DNA from: Macrostomum lignano
Taxonomy: Eukaryota
NCBI GenBank assembly: GCA_002269645.1
Contig: NIVC01003229.1
Location: forward strand, 45,790 to 109,789
Direction: 5' to 3'
DNA length: 64,000 nucleotides
In this document: one piece after another, positions 12,298-26,580 of the stretch
Layout: each line of letters starts with the position of its first letter
Numbering within the stretch: the stretch's first letter is position 1
The notes under the pieces: generated by a model
The model's input: the letters and a program-made list of their open reading frames with translations, nothing else
Told to the model about the DNA's origin: nothing
The model's database searches: none
Program-made: the position numbers and the translations under genes

Positions 12298-13448
12298 TAT
12301 TGCTTTTTTGCTTCGAGAGTTTGTTTTACTAGACTTCTCTGCGATCGTCGAAAACTTGATTCGGCAGCCTCAAGCCTCTCTCTTTTATCGAGCTAGATAT
12401 TCTTGAAATTCTTGAAATATTCCAATTTGAAAGTTTTCAAGTTAAAATTTTTATTGTAATTTTAACTTTCAGTTCGCATGGATTTAAAATGAATTCAATT
12501 AATTGGAATTTAAACTTGAATTCCATTCCTAGACATAGTTTCACTTGAATTTTTTATCGACAGCAAACATTTGCAACTTCGGAATAATTATCTCATTCAT
12601 TTTATTTTTATCTGTAAACTGCTTACGCAAAAAAATTTGATAACTAAGTATTATGTCATCGTTATTAAGAAAAGGCATTCCGATGAAAAAATGCCTTAAT
12701 TACGGCATTGATGCCTTAATGGCAGAAGTAGCAGATGACACTAGCTTGTACAAGACATAGTACTTGCGCTTGTTTTAGCAACAAATTTTCTTGAGCTTTT
12801 TGGCAATGAAAGATAATATAGCCAGCCCATAGTTGAAGCATGAAGTGGAAATTCTATTTCAAAATTATGCTAATTGAAGTGCTGAAGATTTATTTAGCTA
12901 CTAGGGCCCGTGCACTGCCACCTAAGCAAGTGGTAGCTCGTATCGGTTTGGTAATGGGTTACAGATCAGCTGTTTCTCAAGATACAAAACAGATTTACCT
13001 TACAATAAATTTTGGCTTAAAAACCCTGTAGGCTGTAAATAACTTTCAAAGCTTGAATAAAGAATTCAGCTTGCAAAGATGGAAGGAGAAAGGCCTTCCA
13101 GGCGCAGGAGGTACTTTGCTGTCGACTAAGCCCCGAGTGCTCGTCTGTCTTCGCAAGCTACTCAGCTGCACCTCCTGCACCGGCTGTGAGCAGAAAGTCT
13201 CCAGAGCAGGCGTAAGGGCCACTAGCAGTAAATATCGCGGTGTATCGTCAACCCCGCAGAAAAGGTGTATCGAATCAAGGTCCTGCGCATATGCGAATGC
13301 GTTACAGCCACTTGGGCTACTAAGTCGTATACTGTTGAGGTTGAGGGTCGACGTATTTTGCACGACATCGAACTGACCTCGAAATTTTTTTCGGCGTAAC
13401 GATGTCGTAATTGGGACTTCCTTTCGTCGTTTTTTCGCCTTTTTCGAC

Positions 13449-13870
13449 TTAGTTTTGACCTAAATTCAATTCTTGACTTCCTTGACTCAGCTGCATGGGA
13501 TTCCGGGCATCCAGATTTAGCGAGGAAGCGTTGCCGCCTATTTCGCTAACCCATAGCGTCATAGCGATCACAGGCAGCGAGTGCTGCGGTGTCGCGCAGG
13601 GAGTTCCGGTGGTGCCGGTGTCCGCAGCGCGGTCCCCCTCCGGAGAGCCCAAGAGGTGAATGGACGCTCGCACGGTAGCCCTCAGGGTTACGAGCTGGCA
13701 GAGATTCTCGGGCCTGAAAACTTTGGAGAGGTCCGGGTTTGGGCCGAGGTAGACGAGTGAAGGCAGGGCATTCATAGATGAAGTGCTCCGCATTCTCGCC
13801 ACCGGAGAGCTGCAAAATGGGCGTTCCTCACTGCGGATTTTTCCCCTGGAGGTGGCGATGCCTGGCAAAA
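13449..13870 (-). mobile_element. 3' fragment of a Loa/R1-type LINE
   Basis: [16 protein letters not shown]-terminal Cys/His region, like 7474-7770. Confidence 0.6.
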
Positions 13871-14039
13871 CAGCTATGACCCGAGAGAGCCATGGTCACC
13901 GCCCTGAAGTCCTTTCGGTTGAGTCCCTGGTGGAGAAAGGACAGGGGGCAGCCACGTGGGATTTTCTGCAGTCAGGCGTTAGTCGAGCGTTAGTCCACCT
14001 CTCTCTGTGCTTTGAAGCAATCCACTGGTTGATCAGACT

Positions 14040-14700
14040 CGAATGTGCAGAACAAGGTGAGTCGACTGGCTGACGAGGGGAAGCGCGTGGGGCTCCACAT
14101 CAACTACGGCGAGACAGAGGTGCTGCATGTTGGCATTGCCAACTCTCCGGACGGCAACACCATCGCCCCGTGCAATCAGTTCAAATATCTGGGCCACTGA
14201 TTCGGATGCCATTGTCAACAACCGCAAGCAGCTCGCGTGGCGGGCCTCCCACCTTCTCCGCCCCATCTTCAACTGCCGGCTCGCCACCGACAGCCTGAAA
14301 GTCGGCCTATTTCGCTCGGCAGTTGAGACGGTGCTGACGAACGGGCTGGAAGCCGTCCCCATGACTGCCACTCGTGAGCCTGCCATTGCCAGTTCCTGCG
14401 CATTGCACTAGGCATCCGGTGAACAACTCTGCAAAAGCGACGCCAGATGTTGATCGACCACTGCCTGCGTGGCCACACACGGGGCACTGGGCCCTCGCTC
14501 GCCGACCTACTGCTCAGCCCGCCTTGTGGAAGACAAGGCAAGGCAAGACAAGCCGGGGGCCACGCTCGCTGCACCACTCTGACTGACACTTTTCTCTCGG
14601 ACTTGCAGGCTATGGGCCTTACTCTCAGTCTGCAGCTAGGCTGGACTCAGCTGTTTGCCGCCAGCGGGTGCCTCGATGAACCTGGACTAGCGCCTGTTTA
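14040..14700 (+). mobile_element. RTE-clade LINE 3' fragment
   Basis: [19 protein letters not shown]; QLAWRASHLLRPIF...LFRSAVETVL. Confidence 0.75.
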
Positions 14701-15229
14701 ATATAGCTTTTTGCAAGCCATTTGAAATTAGGAGCAAGCAATTTAATAATCAGTGGGGAAACCCAGCGCTGAATGATAGATTTCACTGTACTCTATGGTC
14801 CAAACCATGGGCTTTGGAGCAACCAATTTAATAATCCTTAAACACCACACCCCAAGGATAGGAAGGCGGACGCAAGCGTTTGCGAAAATATAGTAGCGTG
14901 ACAGTTCGAAAAGACACGACGGTCCAAATTCCGAAAAAGGTGGAAGAAAATGAAGACGAGGGGGTGCGCAGGGTGGCTGGGGGATACGCTTGCAAACAAA
15001 GAGTAAAATAGACAGACATAAAAACAGTACTCACTCAATAAAACAACAGTCATCATTGCAAACAAACGAAAAAAAATAAAAGGAAGAAATCAGAAACGCA
15101 CGAGTTGAGAAAAACAAAAGTCTGTGCATTTGAGTTCAAGCCAGCAAAAAAGAGAGCAGACGACAAACCAACTGCTTCCAGGATTAAGGTTAAAGGAATA
15201 ATTACAGGCATTGAGACAGTTTGCTAGCA

Positions 15230-16200
15230 GCCGCCAGCTGGAGGTCGAAGCCGTTCTCCAGCCCCAGGTACACCTAAACCGCCGAGCTCCGCCAGTAGCC
15301 AAGGGCCTTGACGACCGGCAGCGGCACATTGGCGCGGAACGCCAGCGAGGCACCGCTGCGTCGAAGGCTGTGAGGAGACAGACCGGTCTGCCAGGCCGGC
15401 ACGGTGGACCACGTGGCGAAACAGGCAACAGAACCGGGTGCCGGTCAGAGGCGTCAGGCTGCTTCGGTAGGCGAAGAGGTGGGCAGCAGCGGCGCGGTCG
15501 GGCTGTTTGATGCGCAGGTGGTGAAGCAGCGCTGCCACCGGACAGAGCGGATGCTGCGCCGCGTGCCGGAGTCGCGGCAGGACCACGCGGTGCACTCACT
15601 GGCAGAACTGATTTGTCTTGGAGCGCCAAATGTGCAGGAAGGCCAGATCCGGTGATACTTGCATGTCGTCGCAGGTGACCGCCTCGCCAGCTGGTGGGAA
15701 CGGCATCAGACAGCACAGGTTAACGCGGCGCGAGAGGCCCCAGAATCCGCCCAGGACCGCCGCCCAGAAGGCTGCATCTTGAGGCTGCTGCAGACGCAGG
15801 GTTCCTCACATTTTGAGGAGGTCACTCTGAGTGATGCGCACCTTGCGTGCGGGCGGCTTGGCGAGTTTGGCGATGAGCTCTTATTGCTGGCGCTGACTGC
15901 GGCTGAATGCAGGGCCGTGAGCCTTGATGTGCAGCGGCTCGATCTCGGTCGAGTCGCGGCGCCAGCCCATGATAGCCAGCTGGTTGTGTCTGGGCCGCGG
16001 ATGATGCCGCAGCCGCTCCAGTTCGACGCGTCGGACTCGATGGCCCAGCTGGGCCCGGTGGGACGCCAGATTTTGCAGATCTTGGGGTCGTATATGATGG
16101 TTTCCGGAGTAAGTGACGGTGGCATCGAGAAGCTATCAACGGAATCGGACTACCAGATTTTTGGTCAATATCGTTGGTAAAGACAAACTGGGGCGTAACT
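15230..16200 (-). mobile_element. DIRS/Ngaro-like remnant: RNase H fragment plus tyrosine recombinase
   Basis: ESDASNWSG (RH); DAAFWAAVLGGFWGLSRR, PLCPVAAL and SPHSLRRSGAS...GDWRSSAV*VYL (YR catalytic R, HxxR, W, Y). Confidence 0.85.
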
Positions 16201-17066
16201 GGGCTGCCCGTCCACGATTCCACTTCGAGGACAACCAAGGAGAAGAAAGGGAAGACACTGAGGCTTTTTGATTTAGCTAACTCTTGAGAATGACCTAGCT
16301 CCGTGTAACTTGCAAACGGAAAAATCTATGATAGTTATCAGTCTTCTGGTTTTATCAAAAAATTCGCATCTCAGCAGTAGTTTAAACAGCAGCAGCAGCA
16401 GAGTACGCTGCCGGATCGCAAAAGCAACGTCAGATGGCACGCTTCGAAGCTTGGGCGCGAACAAAGGCCGCACCGCCGGCAGAGTCCGGGGCGCCGGCGT
16501 CAGCCAGCAGACAGTCGACGTAGCGCCGTGTCCTCGCTTGTCCCCCGGTAGGGTGCCTGCAACGTAAGTAGCAGCACCTCCTGCACCGGCTCCGGACAGT
16601 AGGCCTCGGCGCGGATGACGCCGAATTGTCATCCGAAGTTGTTTAAGTAGTTTAAAACAACAATAAAAACGTCTAAAACAATATACACTTATCTACCAGA
16701 GCGTTGTAGAGTATCATAAAATGCTACTGCGAGTAGACTAATGTGAACGGCGTAGCAAAACTACGAGCGTATGATGGAAGATGAATCATGTTGCGACTTA
16801 AGATGAAAGATGAGTTATTTTACAACTTATGATGAAATATGAGTCATGTTACTAATAACATATCAAAAATTGTCTATAAATACAAACCAAAAATCCGAGC
16901 TGAAATCTCAGACTCAGAGCAGCCTCAAAAGATCTTGTGCTTTGCCAGAGCAACTAATCGAGGCTATATCTCTGAGAGATAATATTATCAATTGATAAGC
17001 GTTGTTCAAGTCTTTGTTATTTCGATTAATTGAGAGCGATTTTATTGCCGGTTGTTATTGTCCAAT

Positions 17067-17190
17067 TTGACTTCTGCACTCGAGGAATAATTGACTTCTG
17101 CACTCGAGGAATACATTGACTTCTGCACTCGAGGAATACATTGACTTCTGCACTCGAGGAATACATTGACTTCTGCACTCGAGGAATACT
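17067..17190. repeat. 25-bp tandem repeat, 5 copies
   Basis: TTGACTTCTGCACTCGAGGAATACA. Confidence 0.95.
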
Positions 17191-18112
17191 TCGACGGAGT
17201 GTTACACTCTCACATTCGGCCGATTTTGGACTTCAAGGACTTCAAGAGGACTACTCCGGAGGAAGCGGACTTAAGAAGATGAGCTCAGTAGACACGCGCG
17301 ACAAAGAAGAGGAGCCCGCAACAGTAAGTGATCACTGATTTTGTTCCCAGGCTTACGTGTCTGGAAGTGGGAGTTTTCGGGTGACTGATCACCACTCGAC
17401 CAAACTCTTCAGCGTGTTTAAACTCATCTAAGCTTTTAAGCTTCCAAATTATAGATAAAAATCTGTTGTCTGTGCTTTATCCTCATAAAATTGCGCGAAG
17501 GGTCTACGATTGAGGTGCAACAGAATCTATAGGACTGTGCTCTATTGGAAAAATGTTTTGTTTGCATTGTAATTTGATGTAGCCCAGGAGCAGGCAAACT
17601 TTTTTTAACTTAAGGGACATACATAAAATCTAGCGCATGTCTGCGGCCCAGAGAGAGAAGTTTTGAGAAGAGGGGAGAGGAAAGGAGAGAGGAGGGGAGA
17701 GAGGAGGCGAGAGAGGAGAGCTGAGAAGAGACCACTACAACAGGCCGCATTGATTATTGTGAAGTTGTGAAGTTTCAATGGATCCGAGGGCCGGATAGAG
17801 AGGCTTCGTGGAGTGCATGTGGCCCACTAGCCGGAGTTTTGCGACCCCTGATGTAGACGGTGCGGAGGGCAAGGTGGTAAATTGGCCGAGGATTTATTAG
17901 CCAATAAGTTTGAACTGTCTGGCCAATTACAATAAAAATGAAAATGTATTTGAATTGAGCAAAAATTAGAATCAGAATTCAGAATTTGCACGCAGCGGTT
18001 TTTTATTTGCTGCGCCAAATAAAAAAAGAAAATTCAAGCGGCTTTGATGAATAGCTGCAGTCAGTCTCCTATGGCTCGTATTAGCCAAAATTTATCACTT
18101 TGTTTTCCCCAG

Positions 18113-19280
18113 TTAAAAGCCACAGTGGAATTTAGATGCTGCATTCTTCCACGAGCCTGGGCAGAGGTGCTCCTCCCAACTTCTGTTGAAGGTCTCCAGC
18201 CATCTCTCAAGACACTGATCTGGCAGGTTTTTTATGAAGCGCACTTCGATACCCTCCACAACGCCCTTCATGTCCGTGGCCATTTGTTCGAGAGCGTCGT
18301 TTAGCTCTTCCTTGACGAACGGCACGCTAAATTCGGCTGCTTCGTTGTAGTCACTGAGACCCTTGGCCACCCGCCCTCGAAGCATCCTATCCTCTTTACC
18401 GATCTTGACTTTGCTGTTACTAGCGTACATCTCCACAAACAGTTCCTTCACAACAATCTCATTCGAAATGTTTTCCTCTTTTACTGAGTGCAGCACCTTG
18501 ATCGTCCTCCAGGTGCTCTTGCCAGCATCGCCTTCTTAAGGTTCTTTACGTGTTCTTTCCAGTTCAGCCTCTTTTCTCTGATCGTCGCGGCTAGCTGCTC
18601 GTTCGCCGCAATCCATGCAACTCTCTCTGCTGCTAGCGTCCCTGCGCGTCTAAGCATTCCCCTTTCTCTGAATGTCCGACAGCTCCTCGTCCCAGAACGG
18701 CATTTTGCGGTTAGATAATTTCTTCCTCGGGACGCACTCTTCGGCTACCTCCAACATCACTTTGCTGAGGCATTTAATCTCCTGCACCACTGATCCCTTG
18801 GGGATACCCCGGAACGTTGCCTCGCACCTCTCCTGAACATAGACTAGTCTGCCTTCTACCAAGCCTACGACAGCCGTTTTCAACTGTCTCTAACTTTACG
18901 CTGTGACCACGGTGATGATAATAGGGTGGTGGTCAAACTGAGACCGCGAGTGACCTCCCATTGGCAGAGCGTTCCAAGTTGGAGGCCGGAACAACACCGG
19001 TCCTCCAATCAGTATGGGTTGCTGAACCATCTAGAATCTGGTAATCAAATTCAGCAATCCAACACAGCAGCGCCCTGGATTCTCTGCGATCCACTGCGCT
19101 CTGTTCCAGTGCGACTCTCCTTTCTCCACATTCAGGTTGAGATCTTCCAGAACAATCTCGCGGCTGTCGGGGCGAATCCAGCTCAAAATGTCTTCACTTT
19201 CTCTCGCGTCCTCACCTTGCATGCTCCTGACCAGAGGGAGATACACATTTATTATTGTGATTGTTTAAGTCGATGACGGT
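18113..19280 (-). mobile_element. Degraded LINE ORF2 (AP endonuclease to start of RT; I/R1-like), truncated
   Basis: LEDLN, FDHHPIII (APE); MPFWDEEL; PFVKEELNDAL...EGIEVRFIKNL..FNRSW..PGSWKNA (pre-RT). Confidence 0.75.
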
Positions 19281-22200
19281 TTTCATGCTTTCCGTGACAT
19301 AACAAAGCCATGCATACTATCTATACTGTTACGTAGAGTGAACCAAATTCTGCCCAATTTTTTTCGAACGTCCACCCCTGACTGGACAAGGAGTGCGTCC
19401 CGCAACCGGCCATAGGCCACCCGGCGCCGCGCACCCTTGGGCGTACCAGACTGGCTGTACGAGCTATGCATCTGTCCGCACTTAATACTCGACCGAGTGC
19501 CGGACGACCGAGTAAAAGGGTCGGACCAAATGTTTCTCTGCGATAGTTTGCTGTCTCCCAGGAACAACTAGGCGTCTTGCTTTGTTGTCATAAGCTAGTT
19601 TTACGCTCGTATTGCTTTTCGTCGCTTTTTGTAAACCTAACAGTAAACATAGCACAGCAAGCAGCATTTCACTTAGCGATTATAAGCGGTTGGATGACCT
19701 CCCGGTACGACAGCTTCGTTTTTGGCCTGCCCTTTAACTTTTAGTTCCTGTGAGTCTTGTTAAACATTGCTTGGAATCTTTTTGTAAGAAGGCAGTCGAC
19801 CATGCCTGTGACTGATCTGTCACCTATGGAGTACACCTGTCGTCGCAGATAAGCTGTCTGAAAATCAAGAACACTGTTTTTAAAACATCTGACAAGCTTA
19901 CTTTGCTTGCGCACTGAGTTAGCTCGACAAGTGCAGTACACGTACGTTCATTTGTACGCTCATTCGACTGAATCGTCTATGGCCACACCCAACAAAGAGA
20001 AATCATTGAAGTACCCCCAATGTACTTTTAGGGGTAAAACGCATAGCTGTCAGAGCTGTCAAACGCTTGAGTGAACACGAACAATAGGTCCTGACCTCAT
20101 AAATTTGATGGCCCTTCAAAAATGATGAGAAAAAAGCTACCGCCCGCATCTGCTCAGACCATCTGGCGCCAGCCTCAACACTAAGTAGGCGCAGGTGGCT
20201 GTCAGACAAGCTCACAAACAGTGATTTTTGACCCCAAAAGTAGCGAAGACCGCGCCTATGTTATTATGACTACAGGTATGGCAAAAAGATATAGCTACAA
20301 AAATCCTACTAATAGGAATTCTAGGAAAATCACATAAAAAGGAGAGAGCCTGCTGTTAGTAGGCTAACAGCTTCGGAACCCATGCGTGAAGTGAAATTTG
20401 GAAAAAAGTGCGTCCTCATCATATGCCCCCCCCCTATTTGTGAGTTGATCGCAGATTAACTCAAAACAAAGAAGAAAAATGAGCGCAGTTTTGTACTAAA
20501 TCACAGCTTTCACATGAAAAGCTGTGAACTAGAGGCTTTCTACCTGGTAAGCCTCTTGATGGCTTAATTCCTTTGCCGCGAAGTCGACTCGAGCCAGGAT
20601 GGGCGAGGAGTTTGGGAAATGCGTTGCACATTCTCCCCTCCCGCCTGTGAAGTCCACGTGCCGGGAGTTTCTGAGATCGATTGGCGGCTGCTGGCGAATG
20701 GCGACCCTCAGAGGATTAAGGGACCCTCGAATCATCTTCGTTGGCTGGCTGAGACGCTGCTGGGGGAGAATAGCATCTACCACCCCGAGTTTCAGAAGAA
20801 TAAAGACGACTGACACAGCCATCCACTCATGTCATCCACAATCTATCATTCTCGCCTTCGAATCTCGCAACAACATCTCGTTCGCCAGCCCGCGCCTCGC
20901 CACTTTCGCCGACTTTGCACCTCCCGATCTCCAATCGATAAGTCTCCTTTCGGCTTTGTGATTTTGTGATAATCTACCGTCCACTCCAATCAATTAGATA
21001 ATCCCAGACCCGTCCCACAATCCCAGCAACCTTCAGGGTACACTCCCTTCTACTCATTCGTCATTCAGTGCAGTACAGAATAGATATTTTAACATAGATC
21101 ATTGGTAGAGTTTCAGAACAGAGGCCGAATAATTTTTGGACATCAGTGTTTTATTATAAAAGTTCTTTCGAATGTTTCTGTCTTTATAACTCCGCTTGAA
21201 TCGCATTCTTTCTCAATTTAATTCACGCAATCATCCTATTTTGTTTTGCACTCAATATTACTACATGTCAGTAGTATCTCACGGCCACGAAATTCAACTT
21301 AGATTTGTCATTTCGAGAGCAATTAAAGATTTGGAGAATTTCGTATCAATTCAGGTTGACCGCCTAAACTTATTTAAAACTTCACTAATTTAGCCTAGAT
21401 CTCTTTCTTCGCTTCAGCGAAGTTATAGTAATGCGGGAAAACCGATTATTTCAATTCCGACCAAGCGCCATTTCAGAATTCGGCAGTGCATTTTAATTAT
21501 TGGGAAAAATATTCACAATAAATTAGACAAACAGGCAAATATTTACACATAATCAAGCACCGCACCTATTTTCGCCTCACGATTTGGAAAGGTAAAAAAG
21601 AGCAAATATGCAGAACGACTACTAGTAGGAGGATAAATAGCAAAGCACAACAAGTAGTATGTACGCAGAAAAATAAGCATTTGAGTATATGCGCATAAAT
21701 AAATAGGAACACAACACATAACGGTAAATAGGAGTACGCAAGCTTCATAGTATCACAACATTTATTCATCAATATAGATACTCAAAAACAGACAGTCAGT
21801 TAGACAGTCTCTTACAGACTAACAGACAGTTAGACAGTCTCCTACCGCTTGGGCGCAACCATTACCGGGTATCGATCAAGCATACTCCTTATAGCTAGTA
21901 ATAGAAATACAACCTGGTGGAAGCGGTGGGATAATCAACTCAAAAGAGCACCAAAGAACGTTCAACTATTGCACTAAAAACGCTCTGTAGACGCTGAGCT
22001 GGACGCTGAAGCAAGAACAAGAAAACAGTCGATTCTGATGAAAAACTCGACTTTGCTTCTTCCATACGGGCGGATCTGCTTGTGCAGAGTTTTATAGTTT
22101 AGCATGTATAACCTGACGGCTAATATAAGTTCAGGGGATAGTGCAGCCGCAACAAGATATAAAACAATTAACCAACCAACAAGCCACATTTAGAAGCTGT

Positions 22201-23113
22201 TGCAGCGTTTAAATTCTGTTTCTGAAGGTAAAACGTCAAGGAAGCATTTTGCAGCAACATTTATCAAGGCGGGTGCACTCAGAATTTTGTTTTCACTATC
22301 AAGAGACAAAAACTCACTGTTTTGCACTCAGGAATGTCTTTTCTGTTTTTTTAAACGATTACGTCTGGAAGGGATCCTCGAGTCAGCCCGGGTTTATAAT
22401 ATATCAGCGGAAATATTGGATTAGCAAGGAATAAAAAGATTAAGATTAAGTTTTGTGTGTGCATTTGGGTGATAAAATACTCGCACTGGTTAATAGAGGG
22501 AAAACCAGAATAAAGAGGGGGGTCCTCAAGTGGTAGTGAATATTGTAATGATGAAAAAGAACGTAAAGTAGGTCCGGCGGACCACATTGACGGCAGGAAT
22601 CACAGGAATCGATCGCAAGAATGTCTTTACAAATTGAAAGTTTTTATTTTAATTTTTTTCAATTCCATAAAAGTAGTCTTTACCATTTCACTTTTTTGAA
22701 TTTTCAAAGCACTCAGGGCATTGGAAAAACCTCCAAGAAATCGCTCAGAAAAAAATGTATTCCGACCTCCCATTCTCTTGATTGAAACATTCAAATAATT
22801 TGAAAACTTTCGAATCCAAAGACAAAGTCATTTACGTAAAACAAATTTCAAATATCAAAAACTGTTATGGATACAATTGAAAATTTTATAATTGTTTTAC
22901 AATCTATTGTACTCATTGCAAGCTAATAGCTGGATACATTTTAAAATAAAGCTAACTGCACACCGGATTGACACCCGCTGAAACACCTGCACACATGGCA
23001 TACTCGTACACCCGATGAACACCTGGACACATGGTAGACACCCACTAAAACACCTGCATACATGACAGAAGCAAGGTACATTCTGCATCCCAATTACAAG
23101 CGCGTCTTGGTAG

Positions 23114-23744
23114 GTGATCGGGGTGAGAGGCACAAGTGACTCATGGTTGGTGATCGGGTGAGAGGCACAATTAAGTGACTCATGGTTGGTGATCAGGTGA
23201 GAGGCACAATTAAGTGACTCATGGTTGGTGATCAGGTGAGAGGCACAATTAAGTGACTCATGATTGGTGATTGGTGAGAGGCACAAGTGACTCATGGTTG
23301 GTGATTGGTGAGAGGCACAAGTGACTCATGGTTGGTGATCGGTGAGAGGCACAAGTGACTCATGGTTGGTGATCAGGTGAGAGGCACAATTAAGTGACTC
23401 ATGATTGGTGATCGGTGAGAGGCACAAGTGACTCATGGTTGGTGATCGATGAGAGGCACAAGTGACTCATGATTGGTGATTGGTGAGAGGCACAAGTGAC
23501 TCATGATTGGTGATTGGTGAGAGGCACAAGTGACTCATGATTAGTGATCGGTGAGAGGCACAAGTGACTCATGATTGGTGATTGGTGAGAGGCACAAGTG
23601 ACTCATGATTGGTGATTGGTGAGAGGCACAAGTGACTCATGATTGGTGATCGGTGAGAGGCACAAGTGACTCATGATTGGTGATTGGTGAGAGGCACAAG
23701 TGACTCATGATTGGTGATCGGTGAGAGGCACAAGTGACTAATGG
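23114..23744. repeat. 34/38-bp minisatellite (~18 copies)
   Basis: GTGACTCATG(A/G)TTGGTGAT(C/T)GGTGAGAGGCACAA(TTAA). Confidence 0.95.
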
Positions 23745-24400
23745 TTACTTACTTACTTACTTACTTTTGACGGGGTGCGCAGGTTCTACGAATAGGCCGC
23801 GAGGCCCCTATTGCAACCCTAAGGTAAAGGAGCTCAAGGATTAACCCTAGGGGTGCGCCCAGCCACCGCCAGTAGTCGGCAGGTTCGCAGTGGAGGCATC
23901 GGCGACCCTCATCCGGCCGGAGTCCCGGACGAAGGTGCGAAGGTCACGGATGTTGTCTGAGGTGGTCAGCTCGTCCATCCGCTGGGGATGGTCGAGGTAT
24001 TCGTGCCGCACCTTATTGAAGTAAGGCCAGAAGGTGAAGTGATCTCCTCTCTTATAGCACAGAAAGGACAGGTGGGAGGGCAACTGGTTTGCTACAAGAT
24101 ATATCTCTGGAAGAAGCCATGGCCGGTTAAGACCATGCACATCTCCCTGAGGTCGGTTCTGTTAAGCGAGATCAGAAAATTAGAGACTTTTCTGTTCAGG
24201 TTAGACATGGCAGAGCGGGTTTGCCTGTTGTTGGTGCAGCTGTTCTAGTGGAGCTGGTGCTGCTGATGGAGCCACCTGTTGATATGGCGGGTGAATTGCG
24301 ACCTGGGAGTGGGTAGCCTCATTCAGGGAATACTCTAAATTTGGAAGTGACACTCCCCAATGGGGGCGGACCAACCCGGGCCAACTCGTCCCGAAAACCC
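23745..24400 (-). mobile_element. 3' end of a Loa/R1-type LINE with (TAAG)n tail
   Basis: [18 protein letters not shown] region; (TTAC)n at 23746-23764 on the plus strand. Confidence 0.8.
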
Positions 24401-24419
24401 ACCCAGATGAGAGTGGAAA

Positions 24420-24680
24420 GGTGAGGGAATGGGGGAGAGAGAAGAATAAAGAGGAGATGAGACATCGATGAAAGGAGAAAAGAAAGGAGAGAAATAGAGA
24501 GAGAAAAGAGAGAAGATAATTTCCAGGATCGATGAAAGGAGAAAAGAAAGGAGAGAAATAGAGAGAGAAAAGAGAGATGATCGATGAGAGGAGAAAAGAC
24601 AGAAGATAAGAAAAGTGAGGAGATGAAAGAATAGAGGAGACAAGAAAGGTGAGGAGAGGAGAGAGGAGAGGAGAAAACTT
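24420..24680. repeat. GA-rich low-complexity tract
   Basis: Purine-rich GAGAAA/GAAAGG repeats. Confidence 0.85.
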
Positions 24681-25539
24681 AGAAGGGACAGCAACTTTGA
24701 GCGGGCCGAGCTCGATTGCCATTGATAGAGAGGCTTCGTGGACGGAGTTTGTCGGCCTCTGTTCTAAATTTCCAGTTGGGATTTCCAGTGCTGGAAAGTT
24801 GTTCTCGCTGACCAGAAACTGGCGATGCCCATGAAAGCGTTTACCAATGGAATTTGAAAGATATCCTGCAATGTAAAACATGACATTCAGGCTTTCTTTT
24901 CTGAGGATTCCTTACGTCGCAAGGCCAGGCAATGATATAAGAAATGGATATAAGCGACATCACTCTAGTCTTATTTTCATACTGAATAATCTCCTTAGAG
25001 CTGATGTACTATAGACCACCTGACATCTGTCGATACCTTTCGAATTGCCTCTCGATGGGATCCGAAAGAAAAGAAAAGAATTTTTGTTCAGAATGGCATG
25101 TAGCATCGCTGCAGCAATGAAGTGTTCTTTGAAAATGAATAAAAGCTAATTTTCTTCTCCGTCGGTGTCGCATTCGCATAGCCGGAACCCGGAATTGCAG
25201 TCAATAACACAGCAGGAAAATGGGATTTTTCGTTACTCGAAACTTTGTTGAAGTTTATATGAGACACAACTGAGAGAACAGGGAAAAGGCAGATGTACGT
25301 GCATGGGTCATCCCCAGAGCGCCCACTATTGTATACAGGATGTACATTAAGTGTCTTTATTTCTGTTTAGTCAGTGTTTTCCTCTCCAACATTGTTTTTT
25401 CTCACTGTCCTCTCTGCCCCTCTCTTCTGCTCCTTTCGAAATAAGGGAGTTGGGACAGAGTGGACAGTGTTTGAAACCCTCCAAGCAAGAAGTAACGAAG
25501 CTTTTTTCAAGTCATGCTATTTTTCGTTCGAAAAAACCT

Positions 25540-26580
25540 TGGCCTGGGTTGGTCCGCCCTGAGAGGCCTGAATCGGGGAGTGTCACTTCCATATGTAGAG
25601 TATTCCCTGCCTCATCAGACGGTGGCTGCCGTCTGGGTTGCTGCCCTCCTTGGCGAGAGAGTCCGCGAGCTCGTTGCCCAGGATGTTGATGTGGCCGGGC
25701 GCCCAGATAATTCTAGTCCTGTTAAGGACTGAAAGAGATTGCACACTTCGGTGGCATTGATATACTGTAGCAGCGGAGATATTCTCAGTGGTTAAGGAAT
25801 TAATAGCGGCTTGGCTATCAGTGTAAAAGTTAATATTGAAGTTTTTAATGTTCGCCTGGAGTAGGTGCTGGGCGCACTGCTCAATGGCGCAAATTTCAGC
25901 TTGGAAAACCGAGTTGTTCTCACCGAGGTGCAGACTTTCTTGGAAGAGCATCTTACCCTCGTGGAAAATGACAATACCCGCTCCAGCGTGGCCGCTAAAG
26001 CAGTGAATGCCCTGGCTGCGCCGGTTCACGCCGACATCCAGCGGAATGCTGTCTCGGCCAGGGATGGCGGTCTGGAAGCCCCTCCTGATATTTAGAGCGG
26101 GGAGGCGACTATCCACATGTACCTGGACAATGAGGTCGCGGCGGACAAATCCATATGCGGGATTCGGGTTTTTATTGGCAGAGGGTGCGTTATTGAACGT
26201 TTTGTCTCTGATAAGTAAAGAGGCGGACTTCATAGCCTCCGCCGTAATAAATAGGTGAAGCGGAGGCAAATTAAGGATAGTGTTCAGCCCCTCGTAAGGG
26301 GTTGACGGGTACACACCTGTGATGGCGCGACAGATGCTGCCCTGCAGCTGGTAGAGACTCTCACGACCAGTCTTCTGCTCCAGCGCGCTAGACCAGATGA
26401 GGTTCGCGTACGTGATGCTGGGCCGGATGATGCGGGTATAATCCAACGGACCGTTCTTGGCGAGAGGCCCCAAGTCGGCCCGATGGCTTTGCGCAGCTGG
26501 GCAAAGCAGCGTTTTGCCCGACCGATGACGTTATCAAGGTGCTTTGTCCAGCGCAGGTTGATGTGTTCCTTATTACCCGA
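25540..26580 (-). mobile_element. Loa/R1-type LINE fragment (RT thumb plus RNase H)
   Basis: [17 protein letters not shown]; [13 protein letters not shown]; [38 protein letters not shown]. Confidence 0.9.

Noticed and set aside
19283-20260. Possible degraded transposase/integrase or THAP motif (RICSDH; RLVVP)
   Set aside because: Isolated short motifs in stop-ridden frames; no family could be assigned.
20529-20961. Overlapping short ORFs
   Set aside because: No recognisable domain or convincing splice structure.
24335-24881. Leu/Ser/Phe-rich transmembrane-like ORFs
   Set aside because: Translation of the GA/CT low-complexity tract.
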